From a virus, in IMG/VR virus record IMGVR_UViG_3300045988_034731: DNA of 41,670 nt. One strand, 5' to 3'. The notes beneath the pieces were generated by a model. It was not told the origin of the DNA, made no database searches, and saw only the letters and a program-made list of their open reading frames with translations. Shown here one piece after another: positions 21,849 through 30,998 of the stretch (positions within the stretch are counted from its first letter, which is position 1; the number at the start of each line of letters is the position of its first letter). Position numbers and translations under genes: made by a program.

Positions 21849-22937
21849 AAGTTGGACTTAAAAAGCCATTGACTTGTGTTACAGTGGGAGATGGGAGGAT
21901 ATTCCTTCCACCTCCCACTTCCATTTCTGCCGCCCGTGCGGCGGTCCGTCCTCCTTCTGCCGCACGGGAATATGCCGCACGCACGATGCAGCCCAACGAT
22001 CAGGGCCGAGAGGCCGCACCTCTCATGCGGTACAGCATGTTTGATGCAGGGTCGCTCCCTTCCGTGCAAGCCGGACGGAACACAGACCGATAGTAACTGC
22101 GACACGACGGAGAGCAACGCCGGATAGCCCACAATGAGAGGGCGCGCGGAACACGACGCAACGGGACTTCGAGAGCCTGAGAAATCGTGGCACAAAGTAA
22201 GGGGCTGGCCGTCATAGTCCCTACCCAGGAATGGTCGCTGAAAACTACGCACGCGGGGGAGCGAGCTCCCTATCTCGATGGACGTGTCTGTGGATTGTGT
22301 CCGAAGCGCCTGTGTGGCGTCGGACCCGAGGTCGTAAGATAATCTAAGCGGCAAGACGGCCAAAATCAGGCCCCTCAGCGGGCAGCACGGAGACGTGCGC
22401 AAACATGACAGAACTCCCCGCACCTCTCAACGATGTGTCCCAGGGGAGACGTTTGCAGACGGAAGCTGGGTGGATGCAGCTCCGTGGGATACTTCGGGTT
22501 CGCAGGTTCAAATCCTGCCGTCTGCACAATGCGTATGGTATCACGCCCCGGCAGCTATGATTGCGTAAGTCCGATAACGAGCCTTGCCTGTGCGCTGTAT
22601 GGAAGCGGCAGGTCGAAGTATTTATTATTTAGCTGGACCCGGCTTGTGTAAAAGAAACGGATGCGACCGACATACCGGCGCAGGGCTGAAAAGTTCCGTG
22701 GTTATCCGGCGCTGCTGTCTTTGCGAGGAGGCTGAGGCGGTAAATGGATGTGGTGTGGTGACGGCAATCGAGAGATTAGGCCGTTGTGTAGGCCAGGCCG
22801 AACAGAGCGCAGCGCCGGAGACTGTGTAAGTATCACGCGCCCCTTGCGGGCATAGAGTAGCCCTTCGGGGTGGGTAAAGTCTGCCGTAATCAGGCCAAGG
22901 GGTGGGGGCCGGTAGCAAAACGAAAGGGAGTGAGCGT
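21849..22937 (+). ncRNA. Candidate large structured non-coding RNA or leader (about 1.1 kb, no credible ORF)
   Basis: Only compositionally implausible ORFs are present, on either strand. It is dense in GC-rich hairpins: 21884-21918 (14/15 bp), a GAGA tetraloop hairpin at 22385-22398, a cUUCGg hairpin at 22860-22871, 22839-22851, and alternative pairings such as cccgtgcggc / gccgcacggg. It also has an embedded tRNA-like element. Confidence 0.45.
22455..22526 (+). ncRNA. tRNA-like element: canonical acceptor stem and T-arm, plausible D-arm, non-canonical anticodon arm
   Basis: gcagacg...cgtctgc is a 7-bp acceptor stem. gcagg ttcaaat cctgc is a T-arm with GTTCAAATC. gctg ggtggatg cagc is a D-arm. 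The 17-nt anticodon-arm region cannot form a 5-bp stem, and no encoded CCA is present. Confidence 0.5.
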
Positions 22938-23375
22938 ATGGCTGGCGGAGCGCCAAGAAAATGGAAAAGCGTAAAGGCAATGCAGGAGGCCATTGACGCT
23001 TACTTCAAAGCGTGCGAGGGTAAGCCGTTTATCGGCGATGACGGATGCGCTGTGCGAGATAAATACGGCATGCCAATCATTATCAACGCAAAGCCGCCGA
23101 CAATCACGGGGCTTGCGTTGGCACTTGGATTCACTGGCAGACAAGCCCTGCTGGATTATCAAGCAAGGCCAGAGTTCGCGGACACGGTTACGCGCGCGAA
23201 GTCCCGATGCGAGGAATACGCCGAATCTAGGCTCTACGATAAGGACGGGGCAAACGGGGCGAAATTTTCGCTTGGGTGCAATTTCGGATGGAACTCCGAA
23301 AACGAAAAGAGCGGCGATCCTGCGGCGCTTGCTGCGCTGCTTGCGGCGTTAAAGGGAAACGGGAATGCGGATTAA
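22938..23375 (+). CDS. terS: Terminase small subunit
   Basis: ATG 22938 after gaaagggag. RKWKSVKAMQEAIDAYF...KPPTITGLALALGFTGRQALLDY is a typical terS HTH block. Overlaps the terL start. Confidence 0.8.
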   Translation: MAGGAPRKWKSVKAMQEAIDAYFKACEGKPFIGDDGCAVRDKYGMPIIINAKPPTITGLALALGFTGRQALLDYQARPEFADTVTRAKSRCEEYAESRLYDKDGANGAKFSLGCNFGWNSENEKSGDPAALAALLAALKGNGNAD

Positions 23376-24597
23376 ATCGCTCTCCGAGAAACAGCGCCAA
23401 ATCATGGATTTTGTGGACAGTGAAGATATGGCGCTGATTTGCGACGGCTCTGTTCGTTCTGGCAAAACTACCATTATGACGATGGCGTTTGTGCTGTGGG
23501 CGATGCAGAACTACGACCGCACGAATTTCGCTATTTGCGGGAAGACGGTGCAGGCGGCAGAGCGAAATATCTTAAAACCGTTGATGGAAATTGACGGGCT
23601 GGGTGTTGCGCTGTCCATGCATTACAAGGTTTCCACGAGAATTTTAACCGTTCGGTGCGGGGATAGGAAAAATTGGTTTTACTTATTCGGCGGTAAGGAT
23701 GAAAGCTCGTATATGCTCATACAAGGCATCACGCTTGCCGGTGTCTTATTCGATGAAGTGGCACTTATGCCGCGTTCGTTCGTGGAGCAAGCGCTTTCCC
23801 GTGCGATTTCATTTGAGCATCCGAAGTATTTTTTTAACTGCAACCCCGAATCACCGCAGCATTGGTTTTACAAAGAGTGGATTGAAAACGAACGGGAGAA
23901 TACGCAGCACATTCACTTCCTATTGGAAGATAACCCAATTCTCACACCGCAGATGATTGAGAGGACAAAGGCCATGTATAGCGGCGTGTTCTACGACCGA
24001 TACATTCGCGGCCTGTGGGTAGTGGCCGAGGGGCTGATTTATCCCATGTTTGGCGAGAGCTGCATTGTGGACGAGCTGCCGGAAAAGGGAGAATACTATG
24101 TTTCCTGCGACTACGGAACACTTAACCCGTTTTCCGCAGGGCTGTGGCGCTGGGACGGCAAGACGGCCACGCGCATCCGCGAGTATTACTATTCCGGGCG
24201 CGAGAACCAGAAAAACAAGACGGACGAGGAATATGCCGACGAAATTAAAAAGCTCATCGGCGAGGCGGATGTCAAAAGCATTATCGTCGACCCGTCTGCC
24301 GCCTCGTTTATCGAAGTTTTGCGGCGCCGCGGTTATATGGTGCGAAAGGCCAACAACGACGTAACCAACGGCATTATGACTACAGCGCGATTTTTGCAGG
24401 ATGGCATTCTCAAGGTGCATCGTGGCTGCAAAGACTGCATCCGCGAGTTTGGTTTATATCGGTGGGACGAAAAATCCGCCGATGACAGGCCGATCAAGGA
24501 AAACGACCACGCAATGGATGAAACACGGTATTTTGCTTATACGGTCCTGAAGAACAAGGCGTATCGGCGCGAGTATACACCACTTTGGAACAGATAG
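23365..24597 (+). CDS. terL: Terminase large subunit (PBSX-type)
   Basis: Walker A is CDGSVRSGKT and Walker B-like is VLFDEV. C-terminal nuclease block is IVDPSAASFI...DHAMDETRY. Confidence 0.95.
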   Translation: MRIKSLSEKQRQIMDFVDSEDMALICDGSVRSGKTTIMTMAFVLWAMQNYDRTNFAICGKTVQAAERNILKPLMEIDGLGVALSMHYKVSTRILTVRCGDRKNWFYLFGGKDESSYMLIQGITLAGVLFDEVALMPRSFVEQALSRAISFEHPKYFFNCNPESPQHWFYKEWIENERENTQHIHFLLEDNPILTPQMIERTKAMYSGVFYDRYIRGLWVVAEGLIYPMFGESCIVDELPEKGEYYVSCDYGTLNPFSAGLWRWDGKTATRIREYYYSGRENQKNKTDEEYADEIKKLIGEADVKSIIVDPSAASFIEVLRRRGYMVRKANNDVTNGIMTTARFLQDGILKVHRGCKDCIREFGLYRWDEKSADDRPIKENDHAMDETRYFAYTVLKNKAYRREYTPLWNR

Positions 24598-24632
24598 GAC
24601 GGTGAGCGGCTATCAAAACATATAACGACCTT

Positions 24633-25988
24633 GTGGCGGTCGGTGAAAGCGAGCAGGCACGCATTGAATTTATCCGCAGCGCGATCAACGAGCACCGCGA
24701 GAGCACGGCGTATAAAACGGCGGTGGATGCGGAGGAATACTATAACGGCCTGAATCCGACCATTAACCGCTATGAAAAGATCATCTACGATATGCAGGGC
24801 CGCAGCCACATGGATATGTGGACGGCGAACCACAAGCTGGCCAGCCGGTTCTTCGGCTTGGCGGTCGATCAAGAGGTTTCGTATTTGCTTGGCAACGGTG
24901 TGACCTTTGCGGAGAAGGAAACACCGAAAAAACTATGCCCGGACTTCGATCAGGAAGTCATGGATGCAGCGCGTGAGGCGAAAATTGCGGGCGTGTCCTT
25001 CGGTTTCTGGGATTTGACGCATTTGCGTGTGTTCTCCCTGCTTGAGTTCGTCCCCCTCTATGATGAAGAGGACGGCGCGATGAAAGCCGGTATCCGGTTC
25101 TGGCAAGTGGCGCCGGATAAGCCCTTGAGAGCGACGCTGTACGAGATCGACGGCTTTACCGAGTATTTCCAGCCGAAAAACAAGAGCATGGAAGTGATGC
25201 AGCCAAAGCGCAGCTATAAGCTAATTGAGCGCAAGGCGGAGGTAGGCGAAACCGAAATCTATGACGGGGGGAATTATCCGAGTTTCCCCATCGTGCCGCT
25301 GAAAAACAACAAGCGGTGCCTTTCCGAGATCGCAGGCAAGCGCAACACCATTGACGCGCTTGACCTTGCGTCCTCGAACATGGTCAACAATGTGGATGAG
25401 GGCAACCTGATTTATTGGGTGCTGTCTAACTGCAACGGCATGGACGATCTCGACGATGCAAAGTTTGTGGAGCGCTTGAAAACCACCCATGTTGCCCACG
25501 CCAACGGCGATGATGGCGCGAAGGTGGAGAGCGAGACCATCGAGGCACCGTATGAGGGCACCAGCAGCACCATTGACATGCTGAAAAAGAAGCTCTATGA
25601 GGATTTCCAGTGCTTTGACGCGGCGGCGGTATCTGCCGGCAACCAGACGGCGACCGCGATCAAGGCCAGCTATGCGCCTCTTGATTTGAAAACGGACAAG
25701 TTTGAATCCGAGGTCACGCGGTTTATTTTGGAAATCCTGCGTTTGGCAGGCATTGAGGATCAGCCGAGTTATACGCGCAATCAGATTATCAACAAGAGCG
25801 AAGAAACGCAGAACATTCTTCTGGGCGCGGCGTATTACGATGACGAGTACATCACAAAGAAGCTGCTGACCATCAATGGTGACATTGACCAGTACGAGGA
25901 CATGGCAAAGCGGAAGGCGGCGGAGGAGATTGACCGGAGCTTTGCGAAACCGGATGCGCCGGAGGTGAACGGCGATGGCGACCAGTGA
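24633..25988 (+). CDS. Portal protein (SPP1 gp6-like)
   Basis: GTG start. 451 aa, positioned after terL, with an acidic C-terminus. Confidence 0.85.
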   Translation: MAVGESEQARIEFIRSAINEHRESTAYKTAVDAEEYYNGLNPTINRYEKIIYDMQGRSHMDMWTANHKLASRFFGLAVDQEVSYLLGNGVTFAEKETPKKLCPDFDQEVMDAAREAKIAGVSFGFWDLTHLRVFSLLEFVPLYDEEDGAMKAGIRFWQVAPDKPLRATLYEIDGFTEYFQPKNKSMEVMQPKRSYKLIERKAEVGETEIYDGGNYPSFPIVPLKNNKRCLSEIAGKRNTIDALDLASSNMVNNVDEGNLIYWVLSNCNGMDDLDDAKFVERLKTTHVAHANGDDGAKVESETIEAPYEGTSSTIDMLKKKLYEDFQCFDAAAVSAGNQTATAIKASYAPLDLKTDKFESEVTRFILEILRLAGIEDQPSYTRNQIINKSEETQNILLGAAYYDDEYITKKLLTINGDIDQYEDMAKRKAAEEIDRSFAKPDAPEVNGDGDQ

Positions 25989-27453
25989 CCTCGGCCACAA
26001 GCTGACCGACAAGGAGCTTGCAAAGCTGGAACGGCTCATTGCAAAACTGTACCGCGAGGCTGGGAAAGAGCTGCAAGCTACTATCGACGCATATTTTGAG
26101 CAGTTCGCCAAGCGCGACGAGGAAATGAAAGCTCTGATCGGCACCGTGCAGAACGGTAAGGAATGGACGGAGGCCGACTATAAGCAATGGCGGCTGAACC
26201 AGATCGGGCGCGGCGAACGCTATCAGGCCATGCGTGATAAGGTGGCACACCGCGTGACCGACGCAAACGCTGTGGCGGTGTCCTACACCAACGATGCAAC
26301 GCCCGGTATCTACTCCCTCAACCGCAACTATTCGGCGTACACCATCGAGCAGGCCGCGGGCAACGTCGGCTTTGACCTGTGGGACGAGCAGACGGTGAAA
26401 CGGCTCATGGTAGAGCAGCCGGAGTTGATGCCATATTACCCGCAAAAACGGGCCCTGAAGCGGGGCATTGATCTAGCGTGGGGCAAAAAACAAATCACGG
26501 CCAGCGTGACGAGCTCCATCCTTCAAGGGAAGAGCATCAAAGGCATGGCGGATGATTTGCAGCGGCACATCACCAACATGAACCGGGATAGCGCCATCCG
26601 CACCGCCCGCACCGCTGTTACAGGAGCACAGAACGCTGGACGCATGGACAGCTACGCAGCGGCGCAAAAAATTGGCATCAAGCTTAAACGGGAGTGGGTG
26701 GCTACGCTGGATGGCCGCACCCGCCACGCTCACGCCATGTTGGATGGGCAGCAGGCGGATATTGATAAGCCCTTTAAGGCTGATGGCTACGAGATCATGT
26801 TTCCCGGCGATACGTCGGCACCAGGTTATCTTGTGTATAATTGCCGATGTACGCTCATTGCTGCCGTGGAAGGAATAGATACTTCTGGAGGGTTGCGACG
26901 GACACGTGACGGATTGATTCCCAATATGACTTATGCACAATGGGAGGCATCAAAACAAGGGTACGCAGAGAAGCAGCTATCCAAGTATCACAACGGTGGC
27001 AATTCCGGCGAAAAAGATGCAACCAAAAACTATTTAAAAAGTGCAACACCGCGCATGGGAAAAGTCAGATATGAGAACGGTTATAGGCAGAAAAATCATG
27101 GTGTTGAGATCCAAGTGGCGAACCAAATCCATGAAAAGTTTGGCGGGAAAATTGTGTTGCTGAAAGAATCGGCGATACCGGGGGTTAAACGCCCGGACAT
27201 GACGTGGAGGGGAAAAGAATGGGAGATTAAGTCCATTTCATCGGCAAAGGCGGCAGATAGCGCATTGCGAAAAGCAATCAAACAAATCCATGGGAACCCG
27301 GGCGGCGTAATTTTTGATGCTACGGAGACGGTCGACTTGCAAAAACTAATATCTGTTCTAGATGCGAGAGCAAAAAGAAGTAAAACTTTTTCGGCAGATA
27401 TAATCGTAATGCAAAACGGTAAATTTGCTTTCGCAAAAAGATATAAAAAATGA
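25975..27453 (+). CDS. MuF/SPP1-gp7-type head morphogenesis protein fused to a C-terminal PD-(D/E)xK nuclease-like toxin module
   Basis: The MuF hallmark is WVATLDGRTRHAHAMLDGQ...FPGD...YNCRCTL. The C-terminal 130 aa include VKRPDMTWRGKEWEIKS (PD at 27193-27198, E-I-K at 27223-27231) and GGVIFDATE. GC content drops visibly after about 26930. Confidence 0.8.
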   Translation: MATSDLGHKLTDKELAKLERLIAKLYREAGKELQATIDAYFEQFAKRDEEMKALIGTVQNGKEWTEADYKQWRLNQIGRGERYQAMRDKVAHRVTDANAVAVSYTNDATPGIYSLNRNYSAYTIEQAAGNVGFDLWDEQTVKRLMVEQPELMPYYPQKRALKRGIDLAWGKKQITASVTSSILQGKSIKGMADDLQRHITNMNRDSAIRTARTAVTGAQNAGRMDSYAAAQKIGIKLKREWVATLDGRTRHAHAMLDGQQADIDKPFKADGYEIMFPGDTSAPGYLVYNCRCTLIAAVEGIDTSGGLRRTRDGLIPNMTYAQWEASKQGYAEKQLSKYHNGGNSGEKDATKNYLKSATPRMGKVRYENGYRQKNHGVEIQVANQIHEKFGGKIVLLKESAIPGVKRPDMTWRGKEWEIKSISSAKAADSALRKAIKQIHGNPGGVIFDATETVDLQKLISVLDARAKRSKTFSADIIVMQNGKFAFAKRYKK

Positions 27454-27561
27454 GGTAACCCCCCACCAGAACGGGCGGAGGATTACCTCGGAAAAACGGA
27501 AACAAAGTTTCCTCACCAATATTATATGCGCACATTGCGGAATAGTCAAGAGGGTAAACAC

Positions 27562-27966
27562 ATGGACATTGAAATTCACAATAACAGCAAGGCGGTCTCT
27601 GCGGGGATCAAGGCGGCGCTGCTGCGGGGACTTGAAAAAGTCGGACTGGTGGCAGAGGGATACGCGAAAAAGCTGTGCCCTGTTGACACCGGCAACTTGC
27701 GGAACAGCATTACCCATATGATAGACGAGCAGGGACCAACGGCAATCATCGGCACGAACAATGAGTATGCCGCTTACGTCGAGCTTGGCACGGGCATTTA
27801 CGCCGAAGGCGGCGGAGGACGTCCTACACCGTGGGTGTATCAGGACGCAAAGGGCAATTGGCATTACACGCGCGGTAACAAGGCACAGCCATTCCTAAAG
27901 CCAGCTGCCGCCGACCATGCAGGGCAGTATCGGGACATTCTGGAAAGCGAGCTGAAAAATGGATAA
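27562..27966 (+). CDS. HK97 gp10-family neck/tail-completion protein
   Basis: AKKLCPVDTGNLRNSI...YAAYVELGTG...QPFLKPA are gp10-family motifs. Uses the internal ATG of track ORF 27526..27966. Confidence 0.7.
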   Translation: MDIEIHNNSKAVSAGIKAALLRGLEKVGLVAEGYAKKLCPVDTGNLRNSITHMIDEQGPTAIIGTNNEYAAYVELGTGIYAEGGGGRPTPWVYQDAKGNWHYTRGNKAQPFLKPAAADHAGQYRDILESELKNG

Positions 27967-28062
27967 GGACTTTATCAAAAAGGTAAAACCCGCGAGGTAC
28001 AGCGGTTTTTATACAATCTATCGCCGCGACGGACTGCGGACAAGGGAAAGGAAGATAGAACA

Positions 28063-28668
28063 ATGGCACTGACACGCAAACTTTTGAAGGGGATGGGTCT
28101 CACCGACGAGCAGGTGGATACCATCATCGAGGCGCATACCGATACCGTGGATGGCTTGAAAGCTGACGTCAGCAAGTACAAGGCGGACGCGGAGAAGCTG
28201 CCCGGCGTCCAGAAGCAGTTGGACGACCTCAAGGCGGCAGGCGATGGCGGTTACAAGGAAAAGTACGAGAAGGAACACTCAGCCTTTGAAGCCTTTAAGA
28301 CTGACATCACGGCAAAGGAGAGCAAGGCGGCGAAGGAAAAGGCCGTCCGGGCTTACTTTGAGAGCAAAAACATCACCGGCGCGAATCTCGACCTTGCGAT
28401 GCGCGGCTGCGGCGAGGAAATGGCCGCATTGGAGCTGGACGGCGAGAAGATTAAGGACACCAAGGCCCTTGATGCACTCGTGGACGGCACCTACAAGGGG
28501 CTTGTCTCCACCACGCAGACGCACGGGGCGAATCCCGCCAACCCCCCGGCGAACACCGGCGGTGGCGCAATGACTAAAGACCAGATCATGCAAATCAAGG
28601 ACAGAGCGGAGCGCCGCGCGGCAATCGCTGCAAACATCAATCTTTTTGAAAATAAGAACGGAGGCTAA
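28063..28668 (+). CDS. Scaffolding protein (GP20-like)
   Basis: LLKGMGLTDEQVDTIIEAHTDTVDGLK, highly helical and charged, immediately upstream of the capsid gene. Confidence 0.8.
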   Translation: MALTRKLLKGMGLTDEQVDTIIEAHTDTVDGLKADVSKYKADAEKLPGVQKQLDDLKAAGDGGYKEKYEKEHSAFEAFKTDITAKESKAAKEKAVRAYFESKNITGANLDLAMRGCGEEMAALELDGEKIKDTKALDALVDGTYKGLVSTTQTHGANPANPPANTGGGAMTKDQIMQIKDRAERRAAIAANINLFENKNGG

Positions 28669-28670
28669 TT

Positions 28671-29810
28671 ATGGCTGCTGAAACTAACCTCATCAAGAAA
28701 AATGATCTCGCCCGTGTGCGGGAAATCGAATTCACCGAAATGTTTGGCTACTCCATCAAGAAACTGATGGAGGCCCTGGGCGTCACCCGGAAGATCGCAA
28801 AGCAGGCCGGTACTGTGCTCAAGAGCTACAAGGCGACCGGCACGCTCGAGAGCGGCGTTGTGGCCGAGGGTGACACCATCCCCCTCTCCCACTACAAGAC
28901 CGAGGCTGTGAACTACAAGGAGATCACGCTCAAGAAGTGGCGCAAGGCCACCTCTGCCGAGGCGATCACCGATCGCGGCTACGATCAGGCGGTGGAGATG
29001 ACTACCGACGAAATGCTCAAGGATGTGCAGAAGGGCATCCGCAAGAGCTTCTTTGACTTCCTCTCGACCGGCACCGGCGCGGTGAGCGGGAAGAACTTCC
29101 AGACTGTTCTCGCGCAGGCTTGGGGCAATCTGCAGGTCCTTTTCGAGGACGACGAGATCGGCGCGGTCTACTTCATGAATCCGCTGGACGTTGCGGATTA
29201 CCTGTCTACGGCCAACATCACTGTGCAGACCGCGTTCGGCATGAGCTACGTCGAGAACTTCCTTGGCCTCGGCACGCTCATCATGAACGCCAGCGTCCCC
29301 AAGGGCAAGATCTACGCTACGGCGAAGGACAACATCGTCCTCTACTACATCCCCGTCAACGGCGCGGATCTGCAGGAGGTATTTACCTTTACCACCGACG
29401 CGACCGGCTACATCGGCATCCACGAAGAGCCCGACTATACCAATATGACGGCCTCCGACACCGTTATCAACGGCATGGAGCTGTTTGCCGAGCGGATCGA
29501 CGGCGTTGTGGTTGGCACCATCGACAGCGGCACCCTGGGCGCTCTGACGGTGACTTCTGCCGCTGGCACCAAGAGCGGTGATACCAAGCTGACCGTTTCC
29601 CCCGCTAAGGCTGCTGCGGGCAACAAGTATAAGTACACGTCCGGCTCCTCTGCCGCGACCGTTGCTTACGGCGACAACGTCGCCGGTTGGAACGATTGGA
29701 ACGGCAAGAGCGACCTGACCATTGCGACCGGCCAGACCGTGACCGTGGTCGAGTGCGACGGCAACTACCACGCGCTCAAGAGCGGCAGTGCAACCGTGAC
29801 GGCGAAGTGA
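28671..29810 (+). CDS. Major capsid protein with a C-terminal Ig-like extension
   Basis: 379 aa directly after the scaffold gene. C-terminal ~90 aa (LGALTVTSAAGTKSGDTKLTVSP...VTVVECDGNYHALKSGSATVTAK) look like a bacterial Ig-like domain. Confidence 0.8.
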   Translation: MAAETNLIKKNDLARVREIEFTEMFGYSIKKLMEALGVTRKIAKQAGTVLKSYKATGTLESGVVAEGDTIPLSHYKTEAVNYKEITLKKWRKATSAEAITDRGYDQAVEMTTDEMLKDVQKGIRKSFFDFLSTGTGAVSGKNFQTVLAQAWGNLQVLFEDDEIGAVYFMNPLDVADYLSTANITVQTAFGMSYVENFLGLGTLIMNASVPKGKIYATAKDNIVLYYIPVNGADLQEVFTFTTDATGYIGIHEEPDYTNMTASDTVINGMELFAERIDGVVVGTIDSGTLGALTVTSAAGTKSGDTKLTVSPAKAAAGNKYKYTSGSSAATVAYGDNVAGWNDWNGKSDLTIATGQTVTVVECDGNYHALKSGSATVTAK

Positions 29811-29827
29811 GAATGGAGGGCGGCGTA

Positions 29828-30262
29828 ATGCTTGAAAACGTTTTGCAACACTTGAACAACTGGTTCCTTGTAGATGTCCACGAGGGCGAGTTTGTGGTGA
29901 GAAACGGCAGCATTACGCTGCCTTTTCTCCAAACCAACCAGTATTTCCGGATCGTCGGTTCCGTTTTCAACGATGGCTTGCACCAGTACCCGGTAGGGGA
30001 TTTGGTGGATGAGACGTTTACAGGCTCTATTTGGGCGCTTGCCGTTCCTGGGGCGGTGGTGTCACTTTCTGGCGAAATCGAGGAATGGCAGAAGAAAAAC
30101 GGAGCCATCGTCACAAGCCCATACACGTCGGAATCGTTTGGCGGGTATAGCTATACCAAAGCCAGCGGGGGGAAGGCGGATACCAGCGCTGTTACTGGCT
30201 GGCAGGACGCTTTCCGAGGCCGATTAAATTCCTGGCGGAAAATCAAGGGGGTGGAACCGTGA
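29828..30262 (+). CDS. Head-tail connector/adaptor protein (putative)
   Basis: ATG 29828 lies 7 nt after GGAGGG. Assigned by position after the capsid gene. Confidence 0.55.
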   Translation: MLENVLQHLNNWFLVDVHEGEFVVRNGSITLPFLQTNQYFRIVGSVFNDGLHQYPVGDLVDETFTGSIWALAVPGAVVSLSGEIEEWQKKNGAIVTSPYTSESFGGYSYTKASGGKADTSAVTGWQDAFRGRLNSWRKIKGVEP

Positions 30263-30618
30263 GTTTACTGGACGATTTTGCCCACAAGTGCATTTTGATG
30301 GAGAAAAAGCGCACGCCTGACGGCGCGGGCGGCTACATCACCGCATGGGAAGAGGGCGCGGAGTTCCTCAATTACCAGTCTCTTGACACATCTATGGAGG
30401 CGCGCAAGGCAGAAAAGGACGGTGTGACCTCGGTATATTCCGCGCTGGTCAATCAGAGCGTTCCCATCGAGTATAACGATTATTTCCGCGATACGGAAAC
30501 GGGGATTACCTATCGCGTGACCTCAAATCCCGAGGAAAAAAACGCACCGAGGTCTGCTGGCGCAATCATTAAGGCCCTGAAATTTTTCACCGCGGAGCGA
30601 AAGGAGCTGCCGAAATGA
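30259..30618 (+). CDS. Head closure / head-tail joining protein (putative)
   Basis: GTGA overlap with the upstream gene. About 119 aa, as is typical for this slot. Confidence 0.55.
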   Translation: MSLLDDFAHKCILMEKKRTPDGAGGYITAWEEGAEFLNYQSLDTSMEARKAEKDGVTSVYSALVNQSVPIEYNDYFRDTETGITYRVTSNPEEKNAPRSAGAIIKALKFFTAERKELPK

Positions 30619-30983
30619 CAAAGGACAAGGCGCTCCATGCGTGGTTTTCTCAATTCCTCCCGGCGTATCCGACCTCCAACGTGCCGAAGGACGCGACCTT
30701 CCCGTGGCTGACCTATGAGCTTATCACAGGATCATGGGAGAGCGGCGAGATCGCGCTGACGGTCAACCTCTGGGATTACACCGAGAGCGAGGCCGTACCG
30801 AACGCTAAGGCGCAGGAGATCTCCGACGCAATCGGCATGGGCGGCTGTATGGTCGCCTATGACGGCGGCGCTATGTGGATCAAGCGCGGGTCCCCGTGGT
30901 GTCAGAATATCGCGGACGAAAGCGATAAAAACATCAAGCGGCGGTATCTCAACATCACGGTTGAGTTCCTGTCGCAAAACTGA
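30615..30983 (+). CDS. Tail terminator / tail completion protein (putative)
   Basis: ATGA overlap. Last small gene before the major tail protein. Confidence 0.55.
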   Translation: MTKDKALHAWFSQFLPAYPTSNVPKDATFPWLTYELITGSWESGEIALTVNLWDYTESEAVPNAKAQEISDAIGMGGCMVAYDGGAMWIKRGSPWCQNIADESDKNIKRRYLNITVEFLSQN

Positions 30984-30998
30984 TGAAAGGACAACGAC

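Noticed and set aside
21644-22423. A 259-aa minus-strand ORF and the 21725..22093 / 22584..22829 + strand ORFs in the pre-terS region
   Set aside because: They have no RBS and a Cys/Arg/Pro/Ser-rich composition unlike any other gene here. They overlap each other and the strong hairpins. The region is better explained as structured non-coding sequence.
27985-28010. Possible intrinsic terminator between the gp10-like and scaffold genes
   Set aside because: The stem is only about 4 GC pairs plus A-U pairs with a bulge (aaaacccgc / gcggttttt). It sits in the middle of the structural operon. It is too weak to call and is at most a pause or attenuation site.
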